This document shows, piece by piece, positions 45,646-56,556 of a stretch of 64,000 bases of DNA. Position numbers and translations under genes: made by a program. The notes beneath the pieces were generated by a model. That model saw only the letters and a list, made by a program, of their open reading frames with translations, was not told the DNA's origin and made no database searches. Each line of letters starts with the position of its first letter. The stretch's first letter is position 1. The DNA comes from Octopus bimaculoides (taxonomy: Eukaryota), in the NCBI RefSeq assembly GCF_001194135.2, contig NC_069004.1, positions 33,744,693 to 33,808,692 on the forward strand. Reading direction: 5' to 3'.

Positions 45646-48600
45646 CTACAAGGGAGGTGGACGGGTGCATGGAACAAATAGAAAAGAAGAAACTGGTCAC
45701 AGAATGTGTTTAAGAGAAATTGTACAGCAGAACAATACATCATTATTATTATTAAGGAGGTGAGCTGGCAGAATCACCGGGTGAAATGCTTAGCGGCATT
45801 TCGTCTATCTTTATGTTTTGAGTTTAAATCCCACTGAGGTCGACTTTGCCTTTCATCCTTTTGGGGTCAATAAATTAAGTACCAGTGAAACACTGGGGTA
45901 GATTGTAATTGACTCATCCCCTCCCCACCAAACTGCTGCCCTTGTGGCTAAATTTGACACCATTATTAATAATGGTGGTGAGCTGGCAGAATTGTTAAGC
46001 AATATTTCGTCTGTTGGTACGTTCTGAGTTCAACTTTGCCTTTCATCCTTTTGGGGTCGGATAAATTAAGTACCAGTTACGCACTGGGGTCGATCTAATC
46101 GACTGGCCCCCTCCCCACAAAAATCCAAGTCTTGTGCCTATAGTAGAAAGGATTATTATGATTATTAACAAAGTGAGCTGGCAGAGTCGTTAGCATGCAG
46201 GACAAAATGCCTAGAGGCTTGTCTTTACTAGCCCCTCCTACCAATTTTCAGGCTTTGTGCCTTTAGTAGAAAGGATCATTATTATCATCATTTCAGTGGA
46301 TTTGCAGAATCGTGAGACTTAAGGACAAAATGATTTGTGATTATTTGATTAATTTGTATGGCTTTTACAATGACAGAAGGCTGAAAATGGTAGAGATGAT
46401 AATGTTGCTGCTGCTGTTATTTAACCCTAGGTCAGTCCAGATTGAGAAGTCACATGATCAAAATCATTTTCATCATGACAATCCCATCTTTCTTTTTGAA
46501 CGATAAGGTGTGATTTCAGAAAGATTTGGGTCCTATTTCTAGCAGATCAAGATGGTGATAATACTGAGGCTAGCAATGATGATGATGATGTTGGCAATGA
46601 TGATGATGATGATGATGTATAACAGATCTACTACAGTCAAAGACCTTCCTTTCAACCACGACCATCTCATCTATTCTGAGGATGAGGTGGGGGAATGTCT
46701 AGAACTACATTATGTATTGAATATCCTTCTCCCTTTTAAGGTAGTAAAAACAGGATTTGAAAGGTATCTGGCAGTGATTTTTAGCAGCTCAAGCAACAGC
46801 GTAGGGCCTCTCTCTCTTTGTCAATGCTGATGATGATGATGATGATGATGACATGAAATGTTGATTACTTACTTGAGCGAGAGACTTTACAGAACACTGA
46901 GAGGTAGGACTCAGCTCGGAGCAGAAAGTTTTGTTGTATCACCCAGTTCACATGGATCTTGATGCTGCATCGAGACAAAAGCAGCAGAATAATAATAATA
47001 ATAACAATCAATTCTTTTATTAGCCATGAGGGCTCACATAAAACAACATTAAATAACATGCAACAACATAAAAAACAGAACGATACAACAGGTTTTACAG
47101 CGTGTAAACAATATACATAACAATAACAAATTAAAACTCCCAACAGGTGAGGCTATAATAACGATCACTCAGGGAGCGCAGACCTTTGCCAAAGTGTAAC
47201 ACCAACGTCCTCTCAACGATTAGCCAGAGATGATTTTTAAAATGAGAATATCTGAAATAAACTTGACTGCTCTCACAAACGAGAATACTAAAAATGAACA
47301 CTACCACTCTCAAAAATTAAGTTAAAAAAGAAGAAAAATAATCCAGAATCCTTGTCCGGTACCGGATCGATCCTAAAATCTAACCAGCTTGTGTCAGTCA
47401 CGAGGCCAAAGATCCCTGAAAGTTTCATCCGAACCCATCCAGCAGTTCTTGAGATATCTTGTCCATGGACAAACAAACAAACACGACTGAAAATGATACT
47501 TCCACCTTCGCTAAGGCAGAGGTAATAATAATAATAATAATAATAGTANNNNNNNNNNNNNNNNNNNNNNNNNNNNNNNNNNNNNNNNNNNNNNNNNNNN
47601 NNNNNNNNNNNNNNNNNNNNNNNNNNNNNNNNNNNNNNNNNNNNNNNNNNNNNNNNNNNNNNNNNNNNNNNNNNNNNNNNNNNNNNNNNNNNNNNNNNNN
47701 NNNNNNNNNNNNNNNNNNNNNNNNNNNNNNNNNNNNNNNNNNNNNNNNNNNNNNNNNNNNNNNNNNNNNNNNNNNNNNNNNNNNNNNNNNNNNNNNNNNN
47801 NNNNNNNNNNNNNNNNNNNNNNNNNNNNNNNNNNNNNNNNNNNNNNNNNNNNNNNNNNNNNNNNNNNNNNNNNNNNNNNNNNNNNNNNNNNNNNNNNNNN
47901 NNNNNNNNNNNNNNNNNTTAACGTGCAAGTGGCTGAGCACTCCACAGACACGTCTACCCTTAACGTAGTTCTCGGGGAGATTCAGCGTGACACACAGTGT
48001 GACAAGGCTGACCCTTTGAATTACAGGCACAACAAAAACAGGAAGTAAAAGTGAGAGAAAGTTGTGGTGGAAGAGTACAGCAGGGTTCGCCACCATCTCC
48101 TACCGGAGCCTCGTGGAGCTTTAGGTGTTTTCGCTCAATAAACATTTACAACGCCTGGTCTGGGAATCGAAACCGCGATCCTATGACCGTGAGTCTGCTG
48201 CCCTAACCACTGGGCCATTGTGCCTCCACTATGAAAAGAAACCATAAACGATAATAATAATAATGGTGATACTCACTCTGGCCAATCAGGATCAAAAATG
48301 ATAATAGTTTCACCAGACGTGGTTTGGGGAAAAGTTACACATTCTGAGAATTCTTCTGACTGCTCCAGGTTGGTAAAAATGGTTTTTCTTTGATCTCTCA
48401 ACCAACCATAGGAAGAGAGAAACCGGACGGCATTAACGAGATCTTTAGATTTCTCCAATCTAATTATGGAATTAGAGGAGAGGGGAGGAAAAGAAAACAT
48501 AAGGACATGAATTAGAAATTGAGTTTTTATAGAGAACTCATTGACCGTTTGCAGTCAATTAAATGAGGATCGTTAAATATAGAAATAATGACAACAATGA

Positions 48601-49979
48601 CATCTTTATCCTTCAACACCTGTTTTCCATGCTGGCATGGGTTGGACGGTTTGACGGGAGCTGGCAAGGCTGAAGGGCTGCACCAGGCTCCATTTGTCTG
48701 ATTTGGCAAGGTTTCTACGGCTGGGATTCCCTTCCTAATGCCAACCATTTTACAGAGTGTACTGGGTGCTTTTTATGTGGCACCAGCGTGGGGAGCTCTT
48801 TATATGGCACTGGTGCTTTTTACATGGCTCTGGCACTGGAGAAATAAATAAACAGGAATTTATTCTCAAGGTGGACAGCTTCATAACACAGTATGAACCC
48901 AGAACCATGTAGTTGGGAAGCAAGATTCTTGCCACACAGTCACTCCTCTGGAAAAGTTCTAAATATTTTACGAACCATTTTGCAACTATTTTTCTGAGGA
49001 AATACACAGCCTTTGTTTCAATTAATTTTTGAAAAAAATGAAGAATTTAATCAAATAAGAGAAAAGCACCATTTGAGTGTGGTTGTTGCCAGTGCCGGAC
49101 TGGCTCCTGTGTGGGTGGCACATATCCAGGATCCACTTTGACAACATGCTGTTAATACTGTCTAACCTCACGATACACTAGCAGCCACTGTCCACTTTCA
49201 GGACACTTGGCCAACACTGCCTATTTTCATGACATGCTATCAGCCACTGCTTACATACTGACCACTCTGCTGACCAGAGTCCACTCTGCTATCTAGTATC
49301 CATTTTCAATACATTCTACTGGCCATTGTCCAATTTTAGGACCTCATGCCAGGCACTGTCTGCTTTCAGTGCTGGCCCACTGCTGACCCCACCACCCCTT
49401 AAATCAACCCCAAAACCACTTACTCAGCCAATGTATCTTTAAGTGCAGCAGAAATGGTCTTGTCCTTCAATTTCATTTGCAGCTTCTCCACTTGGTAGTT
49501 CAGCTTCATGTCTCTCTGCAACAGCAACACAAATACAGACATGTAAAATAAAACCAGTGCTTGGGTGGTCATTCAGCTTCCTAGAAATAACAGTCGAATC
49601 TCTTGCCCCCCACCACCTCCTAATTGCACATTCTAGTCTTGAACAAGGAAGGACACAAGATGGAATTTGTATATAAAGGGTAAATGGTATGTGAAGACAC
49701 AGGGCTCAGTGGTTAGAGCACCAGGTTCACAATCATGAGGTTGTGAGTTCGATTCCTAATAGTGGAAAATAAATTATTTGATGCTCTCTGTCTAAAGAAT
49801 TTTAATAGATGTCTTACTTGTTTTCTATTATATGTACAATTTTGTAACTCCCATTAGCATATGAAACGTGTGTAATGGTGAATAAATAATACAAAATGTT
49901 TTTCTCAATTTACTATCTTGATGTATGTATTTATATACATATATAATAATTAGATAGATATATAAAGGAATTGAAGAAA

Positions 49980-50020
<41 letters not shown>

Positions 50021-50366
50021 CTGTAACAGAGAAAAAGATGAGAGATGGATGTAGTGACTCACCATATCAATCATTAGATCTACAATGATTTTCACCTCCA
50101 TTGACGTACACAGCATAAGGAGTTTATAATGTTTCACTATGTGGTACACATCTGCAATTATATAGGATATATATATATATTCTTTTATTTGTTTCAGCCA
50201 TTTGACTGTGGCCATGCTGGAGCACCGCCTTTAGTTGAACAAATTGAACCCGGGACTTATTCTTTGTAAGCGTTGTACTTATTCTATCGGTCTCTTTTGC
50301 GAAACTGCTAAGTTACAGTGACGTAAACATGTTGGCATCGGTTGTCAAGCAATGTTGGTGAGGCAA

Positions 50367-50403
<37 letters not shown>

Positions 50404-51351
50404 CACACGATGGACTTCTTTCAGTTTTCGTCTACCAAATCCACTCACAAGGCTTTGGTCGGCCTGAGGCTATAGAAGAAGACACTTGCCAAAGATGCCA
50501 CGCAGTGGGACTGAACCTGGGACCATGTGGTTGATAAGTAAGCTACTTACCACACAGCCACTCCTGCACCTATGTATGTTCTGGGGGCACATAAAAAATC
50601 ACCCATTATGCTCTTGAAGTGGTTAGTGTTAGGAAGGGCATCCAACCGTAGGAACCATGCCAAATCAGATTGGAACCCAGTGCTGCCTTCCAACTTACAA
50701 GTTTCAATCAAACCATCTAACCCATGCCAGCATGGAAAACAGACGTTAAATGATGATGATGATGTTATATGTACACGTGTGTGAGATATATATATATATA
50801 TATATATATGTTTACAGTTCATTATAAATACATATATGAGTTTATATCTATTTTATAGACATCAGCAATTACATAGGAAGTGACCATGCACACACACACC
50901 ACTTGATCATGTGATCGATCAGATTATCGGATGTTGTAATACATTACTTAACTGTTCGAAACTTCGAAGTCACTGTCAATATTAGTCTTAAGAATAATAT
51001 ATACTAACTTGATATCTTTCCGGCCTTACCATTTAAGGTCTACGGGAGATAACTCTTTTACCTTTTTTTTTTTTTTAAACATTTTAGTTTTGGTGCTTTT
51101 GTTTCTCGTTCCCCGTCCAGTATATATTGCCTTCCCAGTTATTCCTTGTTTCTTCTCTTATTCAATTTTTTTTTTAGTTTGCTATGACATATGGTTTGTG
51201 CCTGAAGAATATGTCTGAGTTTTCTCAATAAATAAAATTATTTGTAGCACTTTAATACATATATTGTGTCCTTTAAATAAATCATATTTATCTCTCACCA
51301 GATGGAGTACTTTTTAGCTGAATTTTCTATCTATCTATCTATATATGTATA

Positions 51352-51400
<49 letters not shown>

Positions 51401-52450
51401 ATATCATGGATAAAAATCCAAATTTACAGGTAAAAACTCAATTAAATTCAATTTATCAAAAATTAAAATTAAATTTTCTATATGTGACTGCGGATTTTCA
51501 TGGAAGAGTTCATGAACTTGGGTTCTTTTCTCTAAATTATATATATATATATATGTAGTGGTACCTCTGACTTTTGTTGCAAGATAGCAAGCTCAACAAA
51601 ACCAAGAGTTGATGACAGTTTGTAGCAGGGGGCTCTAGAAATTGCAAATTCCACACCCATCCCATCTACATATTCTTTGAATCTTCTGGTGACACTTACC
51701 TATGCTTTTAATGATGTAGGCTTGCAGTTTGAAATCCACTCCAATTCCAGTTGTCTCGTAGCATTTCATTATCTGGAGGTGGAGAGGAACAACAGGTAAC
51801 AAGAAAACACAACAAAACATAAATAGTGGTGGTATGTTGTCAACTTAATTGTGACAGTCCCATGAAAGGGAAGAATACTACTGCTATTTAGCCCTGGGAA
51901 GCTGCACCGCTTCTTGTCAGCCTTGACACATTTCCTTCGTCCTTATGTTTACAAGGGGGGGGGGGGTAAGCCCCATCCACCCAGCAAAGCCAGCAACCAA
52001 AGCAACCAAAGCCAGCTCCCTTCACAGTGGAAGGCGGGGGCCTTTGGGATGCAGCTGAAGGTGGTAGGCCTTCAATGTCAGATGCAGTGATTGGAGCAAC
52101 ATCTCCATTATCCATCCATAAAACTAACAAAACTTTTAAAGTAAGAAGACTAATGAATAATATAGAAAATACAACAAAAATACCCTTTGGCATTTTTGCA
52201 AACGAAGGAGGCATGATGTGTTATATAAGCTGATTAAAGTAGATTATAGAAGGTTAGAACTCAGAGACATGGAGATTACAAAGATGTTTCTACCGATTAA
52301 CCAGCGACATTAGTTTTACTAGAATGAGACAACTGCGTGCGGCTGTTTCGACGTCAATGGTTTGGCATGGCTGACTGGTCAGTCATCCTGTTTTGGTGAC
52401 TAATTTTTCGTGCTGGAGACAAACACACACATGTGCACAGAAATATAGGG

Positions 52451-52481
<31 letters not shown>

Positions 52482-55400
52482 TGAAATGAAACAAGCCAGG
52501 CTTGAATCGTTGATGGTAAATAAATGGCACCAAAACCATTTCTACAGAGTTTTGTCTTACAACATCACAATTTCGATAATACTTACATCTTCTTTCAATT
52601 CTGATAGAATTTTCTCTTCCTCTTCATTTAAAGTCTCTACTTCGGTCCTGAAACATCACAGCAACCAACAATATTTAATAAAATGCATCAACAACAAAAC
52701 TTCTTTGAATTGGTGACAAGAATTATTGAGGAAGTCTTGAGAAATTGACGAGGAAGGTCTTTCTTATATAGTCACATGGCTTGCTAGAAATAACAGTCAA
52801 ATTTATTGCTGGCCATCATAACAGTCTTAAAAAAGGTAGGTGTGTGGGTGTGTGTGGGGGGATGTTATTGGATAATTGCGTAAATGATGTAATTGGTGAC
52901 AGAAAAGGCATTGGGCTATAGAAAATCTGTCTTAATGAATTCCACCTGAGATTCGAGCATGGAAAAAGGGACAGAATGATGATGATAATGATGAGCTGGC
53001 AGAGTCGTTAGGGTGCTGGGCGAAATACTTGGCGGTATTTCATCTGCCGTTACGTTCCGAGTTCAATATTAACAATTATTTACATTTGATGGATATTTGT
53101 CCTCGTCTTCTTTGTTGTTAACACAACGTTTCGGCTGATATACCCTCCAGCCTTCATCAAGTGTCTTGGGGAAATTTTGAACCTGGGTTCTCATTCCTAA
53201 GGTATTTTTTGATATCATTATTATTATTATTCAGGTCACTGCCTGGAATCGAACTCAGAATCTTGGGGTTAGTAGCTCGCGCTCTTAACCACTACGCCAT
53301 ATGCCCTGCCTGAATAATAATAATAATAATAACATCGAAAAATACCTTAGGAATGAGAACCCAGGTTTGAAATTTCCCCAAGACACCTGATTAAGGCTGG
53401 AGGGTATATCAGCCAAAATATTGTGTTAACAACAAACAAGATGAGGACAAATATCCGTCAAATGTAAATAATGTAAATAATGTACATAATTCCTCATCTC
53501 TTAAATATAGAACTGGAATATTAACAATATATTAAAAATTCTAATTTTGGCAAAGACCAGAAATGTTTTGGAGCAAAAGGGGTTTTGGCTATTACATCGA
53601 TTCCAATATTTGCTTAGTATTTTACTGACTGCCAAAAGAATGAAAGGTAAAGTTGACTCAGGATATAAAGAACCAGAAAAAAATGCTGCTAAGCATTTTG
53701 TTCAACATTCTAATGATTCTGCCAGCTTGCTACCTTAACAACAACAATAAGCTAGAAACCTTACTTTGTATGAATCTGATCATGGAATTCGTTGAGCTGT
53801 TTTATGTAGTCTTCTTCAGACTGAAGATGGTACAGCATGGCCTTTTGGTCTTGAAGAAGCTCAAGGAAACTCTGCTTCAAGGCGGCAAGTTCTTTCTCTG
53901 TCTTATCCTCAAACTTCATAGTCATTGCATCTTCTACATTGAATCTGAAAACGAGAACAATAGATATATATATATCATATATATACACATATATACAAAT
54001 GAGTAACGGTAGAGGTACAGATGTCAGTCCTTCACAGCCGTTTCTAACGACCCCTTTAATTGATTAATGAAGACATTAAAGGAATCGTTAGAAACTGCTG
54101 TAATGGATCAATACCTGTACCTCTACTGTTACTCATTTATATTCTATTCACCTGTCTTGGAAACTGCCTTTCGTAAATACTATGGACCGTATATTTAATA
54201 TAATGCAGTCTCTTTTCATGTGCCATTTCTATAGACATCTGTAATCATGGATCTCCATGCAAAAGTCTGAACATTCATGATTTTTCTTGGAAAAGACAGA
54301 GCAGGAGTTTCCTGTTGCCCTCTGCCAATTTATTTGGAGTTTCCTCTGCTAATCTTCTGTTTTCTCCAAGCTTATCCTTGAGATAAAGAACCTTGTAACC
54401 CTTAGGCAAGAGAGACTAGTCTGCATGACATCTGGGCATCTCCGTATATAGATAGGCCTGGGTGACACATGTCAAAGAATCATCCTCCCTCTAAATCTTA
54501 GGCAAGACTTTCTACTGCATTTTGCTGAGACCTTCAGCTGTTATTTTTAGCATAACGAGTTTTCTGGTGAGGGCTTCATCTGCTTGCATTGCCTTTTTGT
54601 TGCTTCAGTGGAAATCTACAAATGTACAAACGGAGAAAAAGAAACAAATATTGACGACTTGTTCCGAAACACCCCGCCGAGTAGGGAACAGTTCTCCAAA
54701 ATTCCCCCCAAATTCCTATGTCCTCGGAATCTACGTAGTCCAAGGTATATTTGTAGATGTGGATGGGAAGCAAACCTCTCACCAGACAGCCATGATATAC
54801 AAAAAAAAAAAACTCTCCCAAAATCATGTAAATTAAAAATAAGGCGCAGGAGTGGCTGTGTGGTAAGTAGCTTGCTTACCAACCACATGGTTCCGGGTTT
54901 AGTCTCACCAAGTGGCACCTTGGGCAAGTGTCTTCTACTATTCCCTGGGGCCGACCAAAGCCTTGAGTGGATTTGGTAGACGGAAACTGAAAGAAGCCCA
55001 TCATATATGTGTGTGTATATGTTTGTGTATCTGTGTTTGTCCCCCCCCATCGATTGACAACCGATGCTAGTGTTTACGTCCCCGTAACTTAGCGGTTCGG
55101 CAACAAAGGCACCGATAGAATAAGTACTAGGCTTACAAAGAATAAGTCCTGGGGTCGATTAACTCGACTAAAGGCGGTGCTCCATCATGGCCGCAGTCAA
55201 ATGACTGAAACAAGTAAAAGAGAGAGAGAGAGAGAGAACAAAATAAAATGCTTTCTGTGTTTCTGAAAACATTTAGAAAATGTTTGTTGACGAAATCAAG
55301 GTTCCAAGAAATTAAAACCAGACAACAACAACAACAACAAAAAGACGTTCTAAAGAAGCACAGATTTTGTTAGAATCATTTTATCGATAAAAATTATCAA

Positions 55401-55490
55401 GCATTAAACATATCAATGAATATTAATCACGTACTTTGTATCGAACGGAAAATCTTGGATCCCGCCAAATATTTTGCTTTTGGCTGTCAT
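45527..55490 (-). CDS. CENPP: Centromere protein P (CENP-P/Ctf19 family)-like gene, 9 coding exons, about 314 aa (start exon uncertain)
   Basis: Nine GT-AG exons join in frame (945 nt including stop). Segments resemble recalled human CENP-P: EKSKDLVNAVRFLSSYGWLRDQRKTIFTNL vs EERKDLFMFFRSLHFFVEWFEYRKRTFKHL; HVNWVIQ vs VIVWRIQ; LPQLFKQLLQKEGEEGALRSLIKMV vs APLSFRTLVGLLGIEAALESLIKSL. The N-terminus looks coiled-coil. The gene structure is firmer than the family call. Confidence 0.72.
45755..46290 (+). mobile_element. Cluster of SINE family B copies (Meta-domain-like core), each ending in (ATT)n
   Basis: GAGCTGGCAGAATC..TTCTGAGTTCAAATT..GACTTTGCCTTTCATCCTTTTGGGGTCGATAAATTAAGTACCAG. The family recurs at about 3860, 14030, 18910, 19490, 21815, 22055, 34200, 35080, 35870, 37678 and 40370. 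Confidence 0.75.
46873..46964 (-). CDS. CENPP: CENP-P-like exon 8
   Basis: atgcag| IKIHVNWVIQQNFLLRAESYLSVFCKVSRS |gtaagt (92 nt, phase 2 to 1). Confidence 0.85.
46995..47300 (-). mobile_element. LINE 3' end fragment (Tx1/L1-like)
   Basis: Ends in CCCTCATGGCTAATAAAAGAATTG plus (ATT)n, like the 21795 end (CCCTTGTGGCCAATAAAAGAATG). Confidence 0.5.
47320..47526 (+). mobile_element. Helentron-associated non-autonomous element (HINE/DINE-like) 3' part
   Basis: ATCCAGAATCC...GGATCGATCC, an (ACAA)n tract and terminal hairpin CCACCTTCGCTAAGGCAGAGGTAAT, as in the HINE end ACCTCC..GGCGGAGGTAA. Confidence 0.55.
47918..48229 (-). mobile_element. SINE family C copy
   Basis: High similarity to 61482-61834. 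Confidence 0.8.
48277..48459 (-). CDS. CENPP: CENP-P-like exon 7
   Basis: aattag| LEKSKDLVNAVRFLSSYGWLRDQRKTIFTNLEQSEEFSECVTFPQTTSGETIIIFDPDWP |gtgagt (183 nt). Confidence 0.88.
49424..49515 (-). CDS. CENPP: CENP-P-like exon 6
   Basis: ttgcag| RDMKLNYQVEKLQMKLKDKTISAALKDTLA |gtaagt (92 nt, phase 0 to 2). Confidence 0.85.
50063..50151 (-). CDS. CENPP: CENP-P-like exon 5
   Basis: ttgcag| DVYHIVKHYKLLMLCTSMEVKIIVDLMIDM |gtgagt (89 nt, phase 1 to 0). Confidence 0.85.
50181..50571 (-). mobile_element. SINE family A copy
   Basis: Reverse-complement match to family A along its length. Confidence 0.8.
51700..51772 (-). CDS. CENPP: CENP-P-like exon 4
   Basis: ctccag| IMKCYETTGIGVDFKLQAYIIKSI |gtaagt (73 nt, phase 0 to 1). 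Confidence 0.85.
52587..52647 (-). CDS. CENPP: CENP-P-like exon 3
   Basis: tttcag| TEVETLNEEEEKILSELKED |gtaagt (61 nt, phase 2 to 0). Confidence 0.85.
53077..53516. mobile_element. Hammerhead-tailed SINE-like element, locus 2: inverted composite (minus copy 53077-53306, plus copy 53307-53516) with 12-bp TSD
   Basis: AATATTAACAAT at 53065-53076 and 53517-53528. Complete tRNA-like head GGGCATATGGCGTAGTGGTTAAG...GAGTTCGATTCC on the minus strand and two hammerhead-like cores. Confidence 0.85.
53765..53944 (-). CDS. CENPP: CENP-P-like exon 2
   Basis: ttttcag| FNVEDAMTMKFEDKTEKELAALKQSFLELLQDQKAMLYHLQSEEDYIKQLNEFHDQIHT |gtaagg (180 nt). Confidence 0.85.
54842..55220 (+). mobile_element. tRNA-derived CORE-like SINE (family A), near full length
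   Basis: Head GGAGTGGCTGTGTGGTAAG...GGGTTTAGTC, CORE-like CCTTGGGCAAGTGTCTTCT, central (TG)n and tail GCGGTGCTCC..GCAGTCAAATGACTGAAACAAGTAAAAGA. More than 10 copies or fragments in the window. Confidence 0.85.
55382..55472 (-). promoter_or_regulatory. E2F-like site (TTTGGCGGGA, 55460-55469) and DRE palindrome (TATCGATA, 55382-55389) at the 5' end of the CENP-P-like gene
   Basis: Exact motif matches at the 5' end of a kinetochore gene. Functionality is inferred. Confidence 0.4.
55435..55490 (-). CDS. CENPP: CENP-P-like candidate exon 1 (MTAKSKIFGGIQDFPFDT); may be partly or wholly 5' UTR
   Basis: ATG in aaagATGa context with an in-frame upstream stop. Donor aa|gtacgt is phase 2, matching exon 2. 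The exon contains an E2F-like TTTGGCGGGA, so translation could instead start at MTMKF in exon 2. Confidence 0.5.
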
Positions 55491-55662
55491 CTTTGAAAGA
55501 ATAAGGTTTTACTGCTGAATCGATGTTTTGGTTGTTGGTGTTGATGTTCAACTACAGCAGTTGGGCCTTCAGCCGAACACCAAATAAAGAAAGTTATCTT
55601 TCTATCTATCTATCTATCTTTCTATCTATCTGTCTATCTCACTATCTGTCTGTCTGTCTCAC

Positions 55663-55730
<68 letters not shown>

Positions 55731-55849
55731 ATTATTAATAATTGGCAGATGTTACAGGGAATTGAAGGCTGAGAGTTTCGTTCTTGACACTTAGCAAATA
55801 TGTATGTATATCTCTTCTATTTCTAAATTATTATAAGTCTTCCACTGGG

Positions 55850-56095
55850 GAGGGAACCAGTTTCTAACAAAGATACAAGGCTCCATCTTTGAGATGTAGT
55901 TAACACAGACAAATTATGCAGTTGCATATCTAGTCATGCTCATATATATTTAAATGATAAACTTCTGGAAAGTTTAACAGATATTTACAGTTGCAGTGAT
56001 AAATTGGATCTGTAGTCTTCAAATTGCTGGCCTCGTAGAAAGGAATATTTCCGTGGTAAACAAATCTAAGAAAGACAACCCAGCAAAGTTTGTTG
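55850..56095 (-). mobile_element. Second decayed copy of the RLE-LINE 3' end
   Basis: RLQIQFITATVNIC*TFQKFII*, with nucleotide similarity to 33130-33375. Confidence 0.55.
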
Positions 56096-56483
56096 GAAGA
56101 GTTATCTCCCATGAAAACAAATTAAAAAAAAGTTAAGAAAAAAGATGCTTTTCTTTGCTTCAATGGGACGCTTTCGATTTTCTTTAATTTTTCAAATTTT
56201 TTGTCAAGCCAGAGGGACTGAAAGGTAACTCTTAAGAGTTATTCCTCTCCAAGACAGGTGAGACATACATACGTATACACGTCCGTACATAACTACATGC
56301 ATAGATGCATACACGCACGCACACACATGTGTATGTGTGTCTGTGTGCGCGTGTTTGTCTTACACCACTTGTCACCCGGTGAGTATATTCATTCAAAAAC
56401 TCCTTCGTTCCTTCATTCATTTCATTCTCTTGAAAAATGTATTGAGAAAGAGAGAGAGAGAGAGAAAGATACATTCACAAAAC

Positions 56484-56556
56484 ATGGCTGACCGCGCGCA
56501 GAAGATCCAACAGAAAACAATCAAGCAAAACCGGCCGCCAGAGGTCGTGATTAGAG
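56484..56556 (+). CDS. SPAG8: SPAG8-like candidate exon 1 ([24 protein letters not shown])
   Basis: aacATGg start and donor g|gtaact (phase 1). The next visible exon is phase 0, so an exon in gap 56604-56951 is required. Confidence 0.45.

Noticed and set aside
45429-45743. Supplied ORF MMYCSAV... and the upstream acceptor at about 45692 as the CENP-P last exon
   Set aside because: Exon 8 ends in phase 1. Only the acceptor at 45645 gives an open frame matching the CENP-P-like C-terminus.
51888-52233. ORFs 51888-52214 (-) and 52027-52233 (+)
   Set aside because: They are not needed for the phase-consistent CENP-P model, lack matching splice sites and look like a repeat fragment.
54130-54616. 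Extra CENP-P exon or pseudogene behind the acceptor at 54615
   Set aside because: All frames contain stops at about the random rate, with no usable in-frame donor and no recognisable motif.
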